From Blastocatellia bacterium (lineage in GTDB: Bacteria > Acidobacteriota > Blastocatellia > RBC074), in the NCBI GenBank assembly GCA_036565725.1, contig DATCXQ010000925.1:2594-66593 (forward strand): a stretch of DNA of 64,000 bases. The letters run 5' to 3'. Numbering within the stretch: the first letter of the stretch is position 1; the number at the start of each line of letters is the position of its first letter. The translations under genes were made by a program, and so were the position numbers. Of this stretch, positions 1-9,110 are shown one piece after another. The notes beneath the pieces are model-generated. The model worked only from the letters and a program-made list of their open reading frames with translations. It was not told the origin of the DNA and made no database searches.

Positions 1-800
1 AGCAACTGCTCCTTCACCGTTCGCGCGTTCACTACGCCGCCGGTCGCATCAGCCTTGGTGATGGTGAACGAGCCGTCAGCCGCAACTTCCGCAATAGGAA
101 AACCGACCGCATGCAGATCAGGCACGTCCTTGAAGCCGGGGTCGGCAAAATACCCGCCCGTGACCTGCGCCCCGCATTCGAGCAGATGCCCGGCCATCGT
201 CGCGCGACCCAGCGTATCCCAGTCCGTTTCGCCCCATCCGAAGCGCCACATCGCCGGGCCGACCGCGAGCGACGGATCGGCCACGCGCCCCGTCACCACG
301 ACCTGCGCGCCCGCGCTTAGGGCGTCGGCAATCGCCGCGGCGCCGAGATAAACATTGGCGCTGATCATTTCCCAGCCAAGGTCCGCCGGAGAAAGAAAGC
401 GGCGCAACAATTCTCGCCCGCGCGCGTCAGACAAATCGTCACCTTCAACAATCGCAATTCGAGCCTGCGACACGCCCTGTTCTTGCGCGATTTGCCGAAT
501 GCGCCGCGCGGCGGCGCGCGGGTTGGCGGCCCCGAAATTGCTCACGATGGGAATGCCGTGTTCCAAACATCGGCGGAGCACAGGCCGCGCCATCGACTCC
601 AACAGCGGCGCATAACCGCCTTCGGAATTTTTGCGGCGGTCGAGTTGCGCCAACGCCAGCGTACGTTCCGCGAGCATCTCGAAGATCAGCGCGCCCGCGC
701 CGCCGCGCGCGATCAGCGTCTCTACAATCGGCGCCGCCGCGTCCGTCCGGTCGCCGCCGAAGCCCGCCGCGCATCCGATGGCAAATGTCTCGTGACGCAT
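1..800 (-). CDS. AtuA-family (DUF1446, acyclic terpene utilisation-like) protein, N-terminal part. The 3' end runs off the window.
   Basis: My own minus-strand translation from the ATG (complement of cat 798-800) gives MRHETFAIGCAAGFGGDRTDAAAPIVETL...MAGHLLECGAQVTGGYFADPGFKDVPD. The frame stays open to position 1. It is absent from the ORF track because there is no in-window stop. The GxGFxGD start and the HLLECGAQVTGG block are typical of DUF1446/AtuA. Confidence 0.8.
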   Translation of the reverse strand, partial: MRHETFAIGCAAGFGGDRTDAAAPIVETLIARGGAGALIFEMLAERTLALAQLDRRKNSEGGYAPLLESMARPVLRRCLEHGIPIVSNFGAANPRAAARRIRQIAQEQGVSQARIAIVEGDDLSDARGRELLRRFLSPADLGWEMISANVYLGAAAIADALSAGAQVVVTGRVADPSLAVGPAMWRFGWGETDWDTLGRATMAGHLLECGAQVTGGYFADPGFKDVPDLHAVGFPIAEVAADGSFTITKADATGGVVNARTVKEQL

Positions 801-813
801 ATCGGTTCCTATG

Positions 814-943
814 GCGGTTAGCAAATGCGTGTACGGTGTGGGGCGATTTGTTTAATCGCCCTGTTTGCGGCCTTGTACGACTAGGAAACAAGCGCGAGTA
901 AACAACTCGCGGCGCCGCTCCCATACGCGCATTTGCTAACCGC
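814..943. repeat. MITE-like palindromic intergenic element (family A) with about 23-bp terminal inverted repeats
   Basis: The left end gcggttagcaaatgcgtgtacgg (814-836) matches the reverse complement of the right end ccatacgcgcatttgctaaccgc (921-943) with 2 mismatches. The core gtggggcgatttgtttaatcgccctgtttgcgg recurs at 25086-25120. The element fills the spacer between two genes exactly. Confidence 0.8.
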
Positions 944-944
944 T

Positions 945-2996
945 CTAACGCAAAACGCCGCTCTCGTCGGCCTGGCGAATCAGGCGCTCGGCGTCTTCGG
1001 GCAGCAGAAAACGCCGGCTCAATAAACGCCCAACAGCCGTCTTCACAGCAGCCACATAGCCCGCGTGATCGTGGTAGCGTTCTTCCAGCGACAGGCGTGG
1101 GTCGCCTGTCGCAAATCGTTCAGCTTTCGTTTTAGCGAATGGGATGAATCCCCCGGCGAAGCCACAGACACGCCCTTTGTAGAAGCCGGCGCGCGTGACA
1201 TTCCAGCCCAGATATGAGCCGAGCGGCGCTTGATGTAATGGCGACGGAACGCCGCTCGTCTCGTTGCCGTCGGCGTCTACTTTCGGAACGAGCATAGGCA
1301 GGACGCGCTTTATGACTGGGGGCTGCAATGTCATCAAGCCCGACAAATCGCCGTATTTAAATTCCGGCCCGAAATCGTAATCGAACAACGGATTGATGAG
1401 GTTGTCCGGCAAAGGCATGCCAGGAATCAACGGGAAGCCGATCGCCCTGTGATCGGGGCGCGCGAGTTGGCCTTGATCCAGCCGGGGGTAGACGCTCGGC
1501 GGCGGCTCAAGACTCTTTACCACCCAATCCGTCAGCGCGGCGATCAAGGCGCGCATGGTTTCCGATTGAGAGTTGGGATTGTTGGGCAAGTCGCAGACGC
1601 CAGGGGCCACAGGCGCTTCTGCGCTGAAGCCGCCGCGCCCGCCGCCGTGCGTCGTGCCGGGAAAGTAGTAGCGGCGCACGTTAGACGGCAGTGGGATGTC
1701 AACGTCCGCTTTTGTCCCTAGCAGGTTCGGCGACATTCGCAATCCCCAGAACTCCGCCGAACCGAAGGTCTCAAAAATCTTCGGGCAAGTCTTCGTCACC
1801 CGGCAACGGTCGAGCATGCTCGCCGCCTTTCGACCGCGCGTGGCGTCTTCGTATTCGCCCCACCAGAGCGGCCCCTCGCTGCCCGCCTCGTACAAATTCG
1901 CCGCGCCGCCGGGAGTGGCGAAGCGGATGTTCATCGCCAATTGTCGCCCCGCGATGTGGTCGTTCGCGCCGTCCCACACGATGCGATTCGCTTCGTCCTG
2001 ATTGAAGCCCAGATGGATGAAGGTCTTGATGAAATTCCCCGACTGTGAAATTCCCTGGGCGATCGCATGGGTCAAGCGCCCGGCGATAGGATTTGCCGTT
2101 TCGCTATCGTCCTTTGCGGCGCGGCGGAAAAATGAAACGACGTCGCGCGTCGCCGCAAAACCGATGCCCAGCACAAGTGGGTCTTTCGCGGCGTAGCGCA
2201 GTTCGTAAAGATACGCCGGATCGAAGCCGCCTTTCACGCACACTTTGTTCGCATCCGGCGCGCCGGGAAAAGGCGTCTTTCCGCAATCGGCGAACGCCCA
2301 ATCCGCGCCGGAAATCGGGATGACCGCGCCCTCTTCGGAAGCCTGTTTTGTAAGCGTGGCTTTGGCCGTGTCAAGGCTCGCGGTTTCGTGCGCGACAGGC
2401 AGTGATAAGGTGTTCGCGCCTGCGGGCATGTTGCTGAAGCGGGCGAGGGCCGGGCCGACAATGCTCGAACCGTCAGGATTTTTAGCGATCGGAACGGTGA
2501 TCGTTTCTGCCCCGAGGCGCGTCGGAAGATCGCCCTGCCAGCCGCTATGCAGAATGACGTAACCGCGCTTCAGAAAAAACTCTTCGCCCGTTTCGCCCGC
2601 CACGCCGAAGGCTGTCGTTGAGAGGCGATTGCCGCGATTAGGCACGGCATAAAGCAGTACGCCGTTCGCCCTCGCTAAATCCACCGGCTTGACGAGTGTG
2701 AAGGTCGCCACGTATTCGACCAACCCACGCGCGTTGCGGGGCGCGAACTGAAGGTCGGTAATGATAGTGTTATGCGGGTCTTTGGGATCGAGTTCGCCGT
2801 AAGCTTTTCCGACAAGAATTTCGTACTGCCCGGCGCCGCCGAAAGACTTGCCTTCATAAGCGGGCGATTGTCTCTGCTCGATCACAATGCGCGTGACGCG
2901 CGCCTCGACATTTATGGCGCAACCAAGAATCAGGGTCAGCGCGAGAAACACGACGGCTTGTTGCGAAAGGGAAAGGATTGCAGATCGTTGGGTCAT
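945..2996 (-). CDS. Secreted hypothetical protein, probably a large alpha/beta-hydrolase-domain family member
   Basis: 683-aa ORF with an N-terminal hydrophobic signal-like segment (AILSLSQQAVVFLALTLILGCA). From memory it resembles proteins annotated as alpha/beta hydrolase domain-containing (LLYAVPNRGN region). The function cannot be verified here. Confidence 0.6.
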   Translation of the reverse strand: MTQRSAILSLSQQAVVFLALTLILGCAINVEARVTRIVIEQRQSPAYEGKSFGGAGQYEILVGKAYGELDPKDPHNTIITDLQFAPRNARGLVEYVATFTLVKPVDLARANGVLLYAVPNRGNRLSTTAFGVAGETGEEFFLKRGYVILHSGWQGDLPTRLGAETITVPIAKNPDGSSIVGPALARFSNMPAGANTLSLPVAHETASLDTAKATLTKQASEEGAVIPISGADWAFADCGKTPFPGAPDANKVCVKGGFDPAYLYELRYAAKDPLVLGIGFAATRDVVSFFRRAAKDDSETANPIAGRLTHAIAQGISQSGNFIKTFIHLGFNQDEANRIVWDGANDHIAGRQLAMNIRFATPGGAANLYEAGSEGPLWWGEYEDATRGRKAASMLDRCRVTKTCPKIFETFGSAEFWGLRMSPNLLGTKADVDIPLPSNVRRYYFPGTTHGGGRGGFSAEAPVAPGVCDLPNNPNSQSETMRALIAALTDWVVKSLEPPPSVYPRLDQGQLARPDHRAIGFPLIPGMPLPDNLINPLFDYDFGPEFKYGDLSGLMTLQPPVIKRVLPMLVPKVDADGNETSGVPSPLHQAPLGSYLGWNVTRAGFYKGRVCGFAGGFIPFAKTKAERFATGDPRLSLEERYHDHAGYVAAVKTAVGRLLSRRFLLPEDAERLIRQADESGVLR

Positions 2997-3072
2997 ACAA
3001 AACAGGTTCGGCGCGAGCGTAGCGCTAAATCAGAGCAACTGACATTGGCGCGCTGTGTTTAACTAAAACTGT

Positions 3073-3165
3073 CGGGGGAGAGCGTTCAGAGTACCGACTT
3101 TAGTCGGCAGGGCTCGGATTCCAAGCCCTGCCGACTAAAGTCGGTACTCTGAACGCTCTCCCCCG
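3073..3165. repeat. Perfect 42-bp inverted repeat (9-nt loop), likely a bidirectional terminator or REP-like element
   Basis: Arm 3073-3114, cgggggagagcgttcagagtaccgactttagtcggcagggct, is the exact reverse complement of arm 3124-3165 (checked base by base). It contains the inner palindrome ccgactttagtcgg. A related cgactaaagtcg motif occurs at 7551-7562. Confidence 0.9.
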
Positions 3166-3236
3166 AAGTTGCGATTTCATTCGATGCGCCAATGTCAGTC
3201 GCTCTGATTTACACGCTCGCGGTAGCGACGCAAAGT

Positions 3237-4874
3237 TTACTTCTTGATGTAGAACTGATCGAGGAATTCATAGCGCGCCCGCGCCTTATCGGCTTCGGCG
3301 CGGGTAGTCACGTCAATGACGATCCGCTGTCCCTCGCCGAACTTCGGCCAGTTCGGCAATCCCTTGCCGTTCGGATTCCCGGTCTTGATGAAGTTGGCGA
3401 AGTAGTCCTGCATGACTTGCGAGACTTTGTAATCATCTGGCGTCCAAGCGTAGACCTTGTTCAAATCGAGATTACCCATCGCGTATTCGATCTCCGCCGA
3501 GTGAACCGCGCCGCGCGGTTGAGGCCGCGGATTGGCCGCCGCCTGCTGCCCTCGCACGACGCCGCCTGCGAGACCCGGCTGGGCGTCACCCATCTCCGGC
3601 CGCATCGCAGGACGCGGACGGGCGTAAAGATAATAGTAAGTCGGCTTGGCGCCGGTCTTCGTCGATACGTCCACCCACTTCCACGTGCTGTAGCTGATGA
3701 AGCGATCGCTCGCCAAATTCTGCGCGGAGTCCATTACTTCGGTTTCGTCCGAAGCTGGGTAAAGTTTGAAGACCTCATCGGCCTTGCCGGGGTATAGCCG
3801 TTCGAGCGCCTTACGATAGTTTTCTACCGCCGGCTTCTCGCGGCCCAGCACGGCGAAGTAGCCCATCTCTTCGGAGTTCACTCCGGCCAGCAACGGCACG
3901 CGCGCTTGTTCGCCCGCCGCAAAAATCTCAAATGGAGATTTCGGGAAGAAGTAACCGTCCACGGTCGGGGTGAACCGGGGTTGGCCGGGTTTCGCCGTGG
4001 CTTCGAGCAATTGTTCGGCAGTCATCGCGCGAAGCTCAGCCAACGAGGGTGTGTCGCCCTTGCCGAGACTGGCCGCGAACTTGGCGCCTGCCTGCTCTAT
4101 CTCCGCCAGTGGGACGGCGGAGAGCGCGCCCAGAATCGAGCCGCTTTCGCCGATCGCGCCCGCGATCAGGTTCTTCGACAGCGGCGAAGCCATCTGCGCG
4201 CTGACCGCGATCGAGCCGGCGGATTCGCCCGCAATCGTCACGCGCTTCGGGTCGCCTCCGAAGGCCGCAATGTTCTGTTGCACCCACTTGAGCGCCGCGT
4301 GCTGATCGAACAGAGCGTAATTGCCAGAGGCGCGCTGCGGCGACTCTTTCGTCAGCTCGGGATGCGCGAAGAAGCCGAACACGCCCAGGCGATAATTTAC
4401 CGTGATCGCCACAATTCCCTTCTTCGCCATGCTCTCGCCGTCGTAACGCCCTTCCGACCCGTCGCCCGCCACAAAACCGCCGCCGAAAAAGTAAACCAGG
4501 ACCGGCAGCTTCTCATTGCCTGATTTGGCGGGAGTCCAGACGTTCAAGTAGAGACAATCTTCGCTCATCCCGTTCGAGCGGAAGTTCATATCGCCGAAGA
4601 TGGGCCGCTGCATACAGCGCGGCCCGAACTTGTCGGCCTTGCGCACGCCCTGCCAGTTTTTGACCGGTTGAGGCGGCTTCCAGCGATAATCTCCGACGGG
4701 CGGCTCGCCGAACGGAATCCCCTTGAAGCTGCGCACGCCGGAACCCTTATCCGAAAGGCCTTCAAGCGCGCCGTTGGCGATCTTGACGCGGTCCTGGCCG
4801 AGCGCCCCGGCGGTTAAAGTTATGGCCAACATTATCGCCGGGATAAGTAGTAATTTGCGGTTTGTTGAATTCAT
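3237..4874 (-). CDS. Secreted carboxylesterase, type B (para-nitrobenzyl esterase-like)
   Basis: 545-aa ORF with a signal peptide (LLLIPAIMLAITLTAGALG). It has the EDCLYLNVW block, the nucleophile elbow GESAGS and the FGGDP motif characteristic of the COesterase family. Confidence 0.9.
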   Translation of the reverse strand: MNSTNRKLLLIPAIMLAITLTAGALGQDRVKIANGALEGLSDKGSGVRSFKGIPFGEPPVGDYRWKPPQPVKNWQGVRKADKFGPRCMQRPIFGDMNFRSNGMSEDCLYLNVWTPAKSGNEKLPVLVYFFGGGFVAGDGSEGRYDGESMAKKGIVAITVNYRLGVFGFFAHPELTKESPQRASGNYALFDQHAALKWVQQNIAAFGGDPKRVTIAGESAGSIAVSAQMASPLSKNLIAGAIGESGSILGALSAVPLAEIEQAGAKFAASLGKGDTPSLAELRAMTAEQLLEATAKPGQPRFTPTVDGYFFPKSPFEIFAAGEQARVPLLAGVNSEEMGYFAVLGREKPAVENYRKALERLYPGKADEVFKLYPASDETEVMDSAQNLASDRFISYSTWKWVDVSTKTGAKPTYYYLYARPRPAMRPEMGDAQPGLAGGVVRGQQAAANPRPQPRGAVHSAEIEYAMGNLDLNKVYAWTPDDYKVSQVMQDYFANFIKTGNPNGKGLPNWPKFGEGQRIVIDVTTRAEADKARARYEFLDQFYIKK

Positions 4875-4913
4875 TAGTTCCCCTCAGTGTCATCTATTAT
4901 TTATGAAATCTGT

Positions 4914-4984
4914 TAGCCACAGAGAACACAGAGAACGCAGAGAAATGATTGTCTCCTCTGTGCTCTCTGTGTGCTCTGTGGCTA
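4914..4984. repeat. CCACAGAG-type hairpin repeat (family F)
   Basis: tagccacagagaacacagagaacgcagag (4914-4942) pairs with ctctgtgctctctgtgtgctctgtggcta (4956-4984), with about 3 mismatches. A second copy with the same tagccacagag...ctctgtggcta design lies at 28330-28402. Confidence 0.8.
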
Positions 4985-5001
4985 TTCATCCAGGCGCCGG
5001 G

Positions 5002-6261
5002 TTACATCGCAGTCTTCGTCTGGAAGAGTTGCGGCGCGAACTCGTTCAGGTAGTTTCGCCAGTTAATCCATGTATGGCCGCCTTCAGTTTCTCGGGAATT
5101 CGGAGTGAATCCATGCTTCTTGAGCAGTTCCACGGTGCTGCGGCTGCTGTTAAGTAGGAAGTCATCTTTGCCTATGCCGACCCAGAGCAGTTTCAACCCC
5201 TTTTTCAAATTGGCGTCGTCGAGCTTGGCCTGATGCTGTTTGAGCCAGGCTTCGCCGGCGGGCGTGATCTGCGCCGGGGCGTTCGCGGCGGGCGGACCGC
5301 CCGCCCCCGGAGCCTGACGCGCGAAGACGTTCAGCAGTCCGGAACTGAAGACGCCGACGTAGCCGAACTTTTCAAGATTAGGCAGCGCGATGTTGAGCGT
5401 TTGATTGCCACCCATCGAGAGCCCCGCAATTGCGCGATTTTCGCGGCCCGCGAGCAAGCGGTAATTCTTTTCGACATACGGCATGATGTCGGTCATGAAG
5501 TCCTGAATGAACTCGTCCGGCGGCGGAGCTGCGCTGCCGCCCGGCTGAGCGATACCCGGCGCCGGGCCTCGGCCAAACGGGCGCGTGTGTCCGGCGGGCA
5601 TCACAATAATCATCGGTTTGGCTTTTTTAGCCGCAATCAAATTGTCGAGAATGAACCCGGCGCGCCCAACCGACGTCCATGAATCGTCACAATCGCCTGC
5701 GCCGTGCAACAGATAAAAGACCGGGAACTTGCCCTGCCCCGATTCATATCCCGGAGGCGTATAGATATGCATGCGGCGGAACTTGCCGAGCGCCGTCGAG
5801 TAATACGTGACCGCCGCGACCGCGCCATGCGGGACGTTCTTCGTGTCCGAGAATTCCGAACCCGGCGCGTGAACGAGGCTCCAGACGTTGTTGTTCGATT
5901 CGCTCACTAACGGGTTGCGCGGATCAATCACAGCCACGCCGTTGACGTTGAAGTTGTAGCGGTACGAGCCGGAAGCAATCGGGCCGATGGTGATTTCCCA
6001 GACGCCGTTGTCGCCCTTTGTCATCGGTTTGCCTCCCCCCACGCCGGGAATGTCGCTGCCAATGAGCCTGACATTTTCGGCCTGCGGCGCAAGCAGCCGG
6101 AAGGTGATCTGCCGGTCCGCCAAAACTTCCGGCGAGACGACGGCCGGCGCCGGCGTCTGCTGATTCGACGGAGCGGCAGGCTGCGCCAAAGCTGAAAAGA
6201 CAAAAATGGCCGCCATCAACAACATGGCGCCTGCGCGAGCAGTTATCCTTCCAAAATTCAT
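5002..6261 (-). CDS. Secreted esterase (putative esterase/esterase D family) with an N-terminal E-set/CBM48-like domain
   Basis: 419-aa ORF with a signal peptide (GAMLLMAAIFVFSALAQP). The N-terminal beta-sandwich-like region (ITFRLLAPQAENVRL...GVWEITIGP...YRYNF) is followed by a YLLHGAGD block and a GLSMGG nucleophile motif. Confidence 0.8.
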   Translation of the reverse strand: MNFGRITARAGAMLLMAAIFVFSALAQPAAPSNQQTPAPAVVSPEVLADRQITFRLLAPQAENVRLIGSDIPGVGGGKPMTKGDNGVWEITIGPIASGSYRYNFNVNGVAVIDPRNPLVSESNNNVWSLVHAPGSEFSDTKNVPHGAVAAVTYYSTALGKFRRMHIYTPPGYESGQGKFPVFYLLHGAGDCDDSWTSVGRAGFILDNLIAAKKAKPMIIVMPAGHTRPFGRGPAPGIAQPGGSAAPPPDEFIQDFMTDIMPYVEKNYRLLAGRENRAIAGLSMGGNQTLNIALPNLEKFGYVGVFSSGLLNVFARQAPGAGGPPAANAPAQITPAGEAWLKQHQAKLDDANLKKGLKLLWVGIGKDDFLLNSSRSTVELLKKHGFTPNSRETEGGHTWINWRNYLNEFAPQLFQTKTAM

Positions 6262-6398
6262 TGATCTGGTTCCTCTCTGTTTTAGACCGGTTTCACATCG
6301 GCGTATGTGTTAATGGAACGCTGAACTTCGTGGGACATTACCACCAGTCCGTTCCTGATAGAATTGAATTGTTTTTATAGCAGTGATAACTATTGGTT

Positions 6399-7307
6399 AT
6401 GAATCATTTCGACCTCAATTTGCGGCAACTTCAAACTTTCGTGACGGTCGCGAGGCTCGGCAGTTTCACCCGGGCGGCGCGGCTCCTGCATCTTTCGCAG
6501 CCGGCCTTGACAAAGCAGGTCCGCCAACTGGAAGAGACCTTGGGCGTCCGGCTGTTTGACCGCACGACCAGGACGGTTGAGCTGACCCGCATCGGCAAAG
6601 AACTTGCGCCGGTGGTCACGCAGTTGCTGCAGGAAATCGAGGCGGTCGTGGTAAACACGAAGGAGTTGGCGGCCCAGAGCAGAGGCGTCATCCGGGTCGC
6701 CTCGCTTCCTTCCATTTCCTCGACGATTCTCCCCACGGCCGTCGCCCGATTTAAGGGAAATTATCCGGGAATCTCGGTCGTTCTGAAAGACGTCATCGCG
6801 CAGCGTCTGGTTACAATGGTCAAAGCCGAGGAGGTGGATTTCGGGATTGGGAGCTTGAATGTGGCGGATCCCGAAGTCCGATTTTCCCTGCTTCTGACGG
6901 ACCGAATGATCGCTGTTTTTCCGCCGGGGTCCGCACTCGAGCGAAAGAAGGCGATCGGGTTGAGAGATCTGGTCGGCCTGCCACTGGTGGTAATGGAGCC
7001 CGGCAGCAGCGTGCGTAAATTGGTCGATCAGGCCTTCGAGTCGATCGGCGAATTGGTCAGGCCCGCGTTCGAGGCGACCTATATGTCCACCGCCGCGGGC
7101 ATGGTCAAGGCCGGGCTGGGGGTCACGATCCTTCCCTCCTCCGCCTTTGAAACGGTAGAACTAACCGGCCTTCGCAGTCGCCCGATCAAGAATCCCGCCC
7201 TCACCAGGGAAATCGGAGTCATCGAGAAGAACGGACGCTCACTCTCGCCCGCCGCCGAAAGCTTCTTGAAAACATTGAAAGCGGTTTGCAAGGAGTTGAG
7301 TTCGTGA
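6399..7307 (+). CDS. LysR-family transcriptional regulator
   Basis: N-terminal HTH region LRQLQTFVTVARLGSFTRAARLLHLSQPALTKQVRQLEETLGVRLFDR. Size is about 300 aa. The ATG at 6399 is preferred over the TTG at 6393. Confidence 0.9.
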   Translation: MNHFDLNLRQLQTFVTVARLGSFTRAARLLHLSQPALTKQVRQLEETLGVRLFDRTTRTVELTRIGKELAPVVTQLLQEIEAVVVNTKELAAQSRGVIRVASLPSISSTILPTAVARFKGNYPGISVVLKDVIAQRLVTMVKAEEVDFGIGSLNVADPEVRFSLLLTDRMIAVFPPGSALERKKAIGLRDLVGLPLVVMEPGSSVRKLVDQAFESIGELVRPAFEATYMSTAAGMVKAGLGVTILPSSAFETVELTGLRSRPIKNPALTREIGVIEKNGRSLSPAAESFLKTLKAVCKELSS

Positions 7308-7603
7308 ACGCGCGACCGCGCTTTGATCATGCGACATAAAATGAGAGCAGAGCCATGCCGTACTTTCCTTTTTTGCTCTTCTTTTTTTGATAGCTATGAC
7401 TGATTATTCTGGCGCCAGAAGGATCAAAATCGTGGCTGGACATGGACGCCTTTGCTCAGGTCCCGGCTTTGAAAAGCCGGGCTAGGATCAGCCGTCGCTG
7501 CCGCGACTAGGAGGCGTCGTTGCATTATTTTTTCAAAGACCATTAGTCGACGACTAAAGTCGTTACTACATGACCATTTTCTGAGGAGGAAAGCTTAAGC
7601 CCT

Positions 7604-9109
7604 ATGTACCGCAGAGACTTTGTCAAAACCGCCGCGCTCGGCGCCGCATCCTTCACAATGCCGCGGCATACGCCGGCCGATGATCCCGAAATGCAACCGA
7701 TATGGGCGCAGATCGAAAAGCGACATGACGAGACCGTGCGGAGTCTGCAACACTGGATCCGGCAGCCTTCGATCGCCGCCGAGAATCGCGGCATGAAGGA
7801 AGGCTGTGATTTGACTATGCAGATGCTGCGGGAGGCCGGGTTCTCCCAGGTGACAAAAGCGCCAACCGACGGACAGCCAGGCATATTCGCTGTGCTGGAC
7901 GCCGGCGCTCCGCGCACGCTTGGCGTTTACTTTATGTATGACGTGAAGCAGGTCGACCCCGCCGAGTGGTCGTCTCCGCCGTTTGAAGCTGCGCTGGTGG
8001 ATAAGCCGGGCTTCGGAAAAGTCCTCGTTGGCCGCGGCGCCGTCAATCAGAAAGGCCCGGAAGTCACCTTCCTGGCCGCGCTCCACGCCATCCGCGGCGC
8101 GGGCAAAAAGCTGCCGGTCAATCTGGTGTTTGTGGCTGAAGGCGAGGAAGAGATCGGTTCGCCGCATTTTACGCAGGTGATCCAGCGCCCTGAAGTCCTC
8201 TCAGCCTTGAAGCGATGCGGCGGCGTGTTCATGCCTTTTCCGTCACAGGATCCGGTCGGCGAAGTCACGATCAATCTGGGCGCGAAGGGCGTGATAGAAC
8301 TCGAACTGGTGGCGAGCGGCGAACGTTGGGGACGCGGCCCGAAGCGCGATACTCATTCAAGCAACAAGGCGAGGGTGGATAGTCCGGCCTGGCATCTCGT
8401 GCAGGCGCTCAACACGCTCGTCTCGGCCGACGGAAACACTCCAGCGATCGAGCATTTCGCCGACAAAGCGCGTCCGCTGTCAGATGCGGAGAAGAAGATG
8501 ATCGCCGTGGCTGCGGGCCGGATCAATGAAGCGGCGACGAAGAAACAGCTCGGCGTAGACCGCTGGATTCGGGACGTGAGTTGGCGCGAAGCGCTCGAAA
8601 TGTTAGTCTCACAGCCGACGGTCAATATTGAAGGCCTGGTCGGCGGATATACCGGACCGGGAGGCAAGACCATCCTGCCTTACAAAGCGGTGGCGAAGCT
8701 TGATCTGCGGCTGGTCCCGGATATGACGGCGGCCGAAGCGCTCTCTGCGCTCAAAGCGCATCTGGCGAAACACGGCTTCGGAGACATTGAGGTGAATATG
8801 ACCGGCGGCTACGATCCGACCAGTACGGCGGCGAACTCCGCGCTGGTGCAAGCTCAGGTGGCGGTGTATCGGCGGGCGGGGATCGATCCCATCATCATGC
8901 CGCGGCTGGCCGGCTCATGGCCCGGCTATGTCTTCACCGGCGATCCGCTGCGGCTGCCCGCAGGCCATTTCGGTCTGGGTCACGGAGGCGGGGCGCATGC
9001 GCCGGATGAATACTACGTGATTGAATCGTCCAATCCCAAGGTGCAAGGGATTGACGGCGCGACGCGTTCGTATGTCGAGTATCTCTACGAGTTGGGCCGC
9101 CAGGCATAG
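7604..9109 (+). CDS. M20-family metallopeptidase (dipeptidase-like) with a Tat-type signal
   Basis: 501 aa. N-terminus is MYRRDFVKTAALGAASF (twin-arginine-like). It has M20/ArgE/DapE-like blocks (LVFVAEGEEEIGS, HAPDEY). A GAGGAGGA Shine-Dalgarno lies upstream. Confidence 0.85.
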   Translation: MYRRDFVKTAALGAASFTMPRHTPADDPEMQPIWAQIEKRHDETVRSLQHWIRQPSIAAENRGMKEGCDLTMQMLREAGFSQVTKAPTDGQPGIFAVLDAGAPRTLGVYFMYDVKQVDPAEWSSPPFEAALVDKPGFGKVLVGRGAVNQKGPEVTFLAALHAIRGAGKKLPVNLVFVAEGEEEIGSPHFTQVIQRPEVLSALKRCGGVFMPFPSQDPVGEVTINLGAKGVIELELVASGERWGRGPKRDTHSSNKARVDSPAWHLVQALNTLVSADGNTPAIEHFADKARPLSDAEKKMIAVAAGRINEAATKKQLGVDRWIRDVSWREALEMLVSQPTVNIEGLVGGYTGPGGKTILPYKAVAKLDLRLVPDMTAAEALSALKAHLAKHGFGDIEVNMTGGYDPTSTAANSALVQAQVAVYRRAGIDPIIMPRLAGSWPGYVFTGDPLRLPAGHFGLGHGGGAHAPDEYYVIESSNPKVQGIDGATRSYVEYLYELGRQA

Positions 9110-9110
9110 A

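Noticed and set aside
445-924. 159-aa ORF sharing the peptide PQTGRLNKSPH(T/I)VHA with ORF 24988-25215, which might suggest a small conserved protein
   Set aside because: The shared peptide is just the translation of the family A repeat. Each ORF otherwise overlaps a real gene in antisense (the AtuA-like gene) or intergenic DNA.
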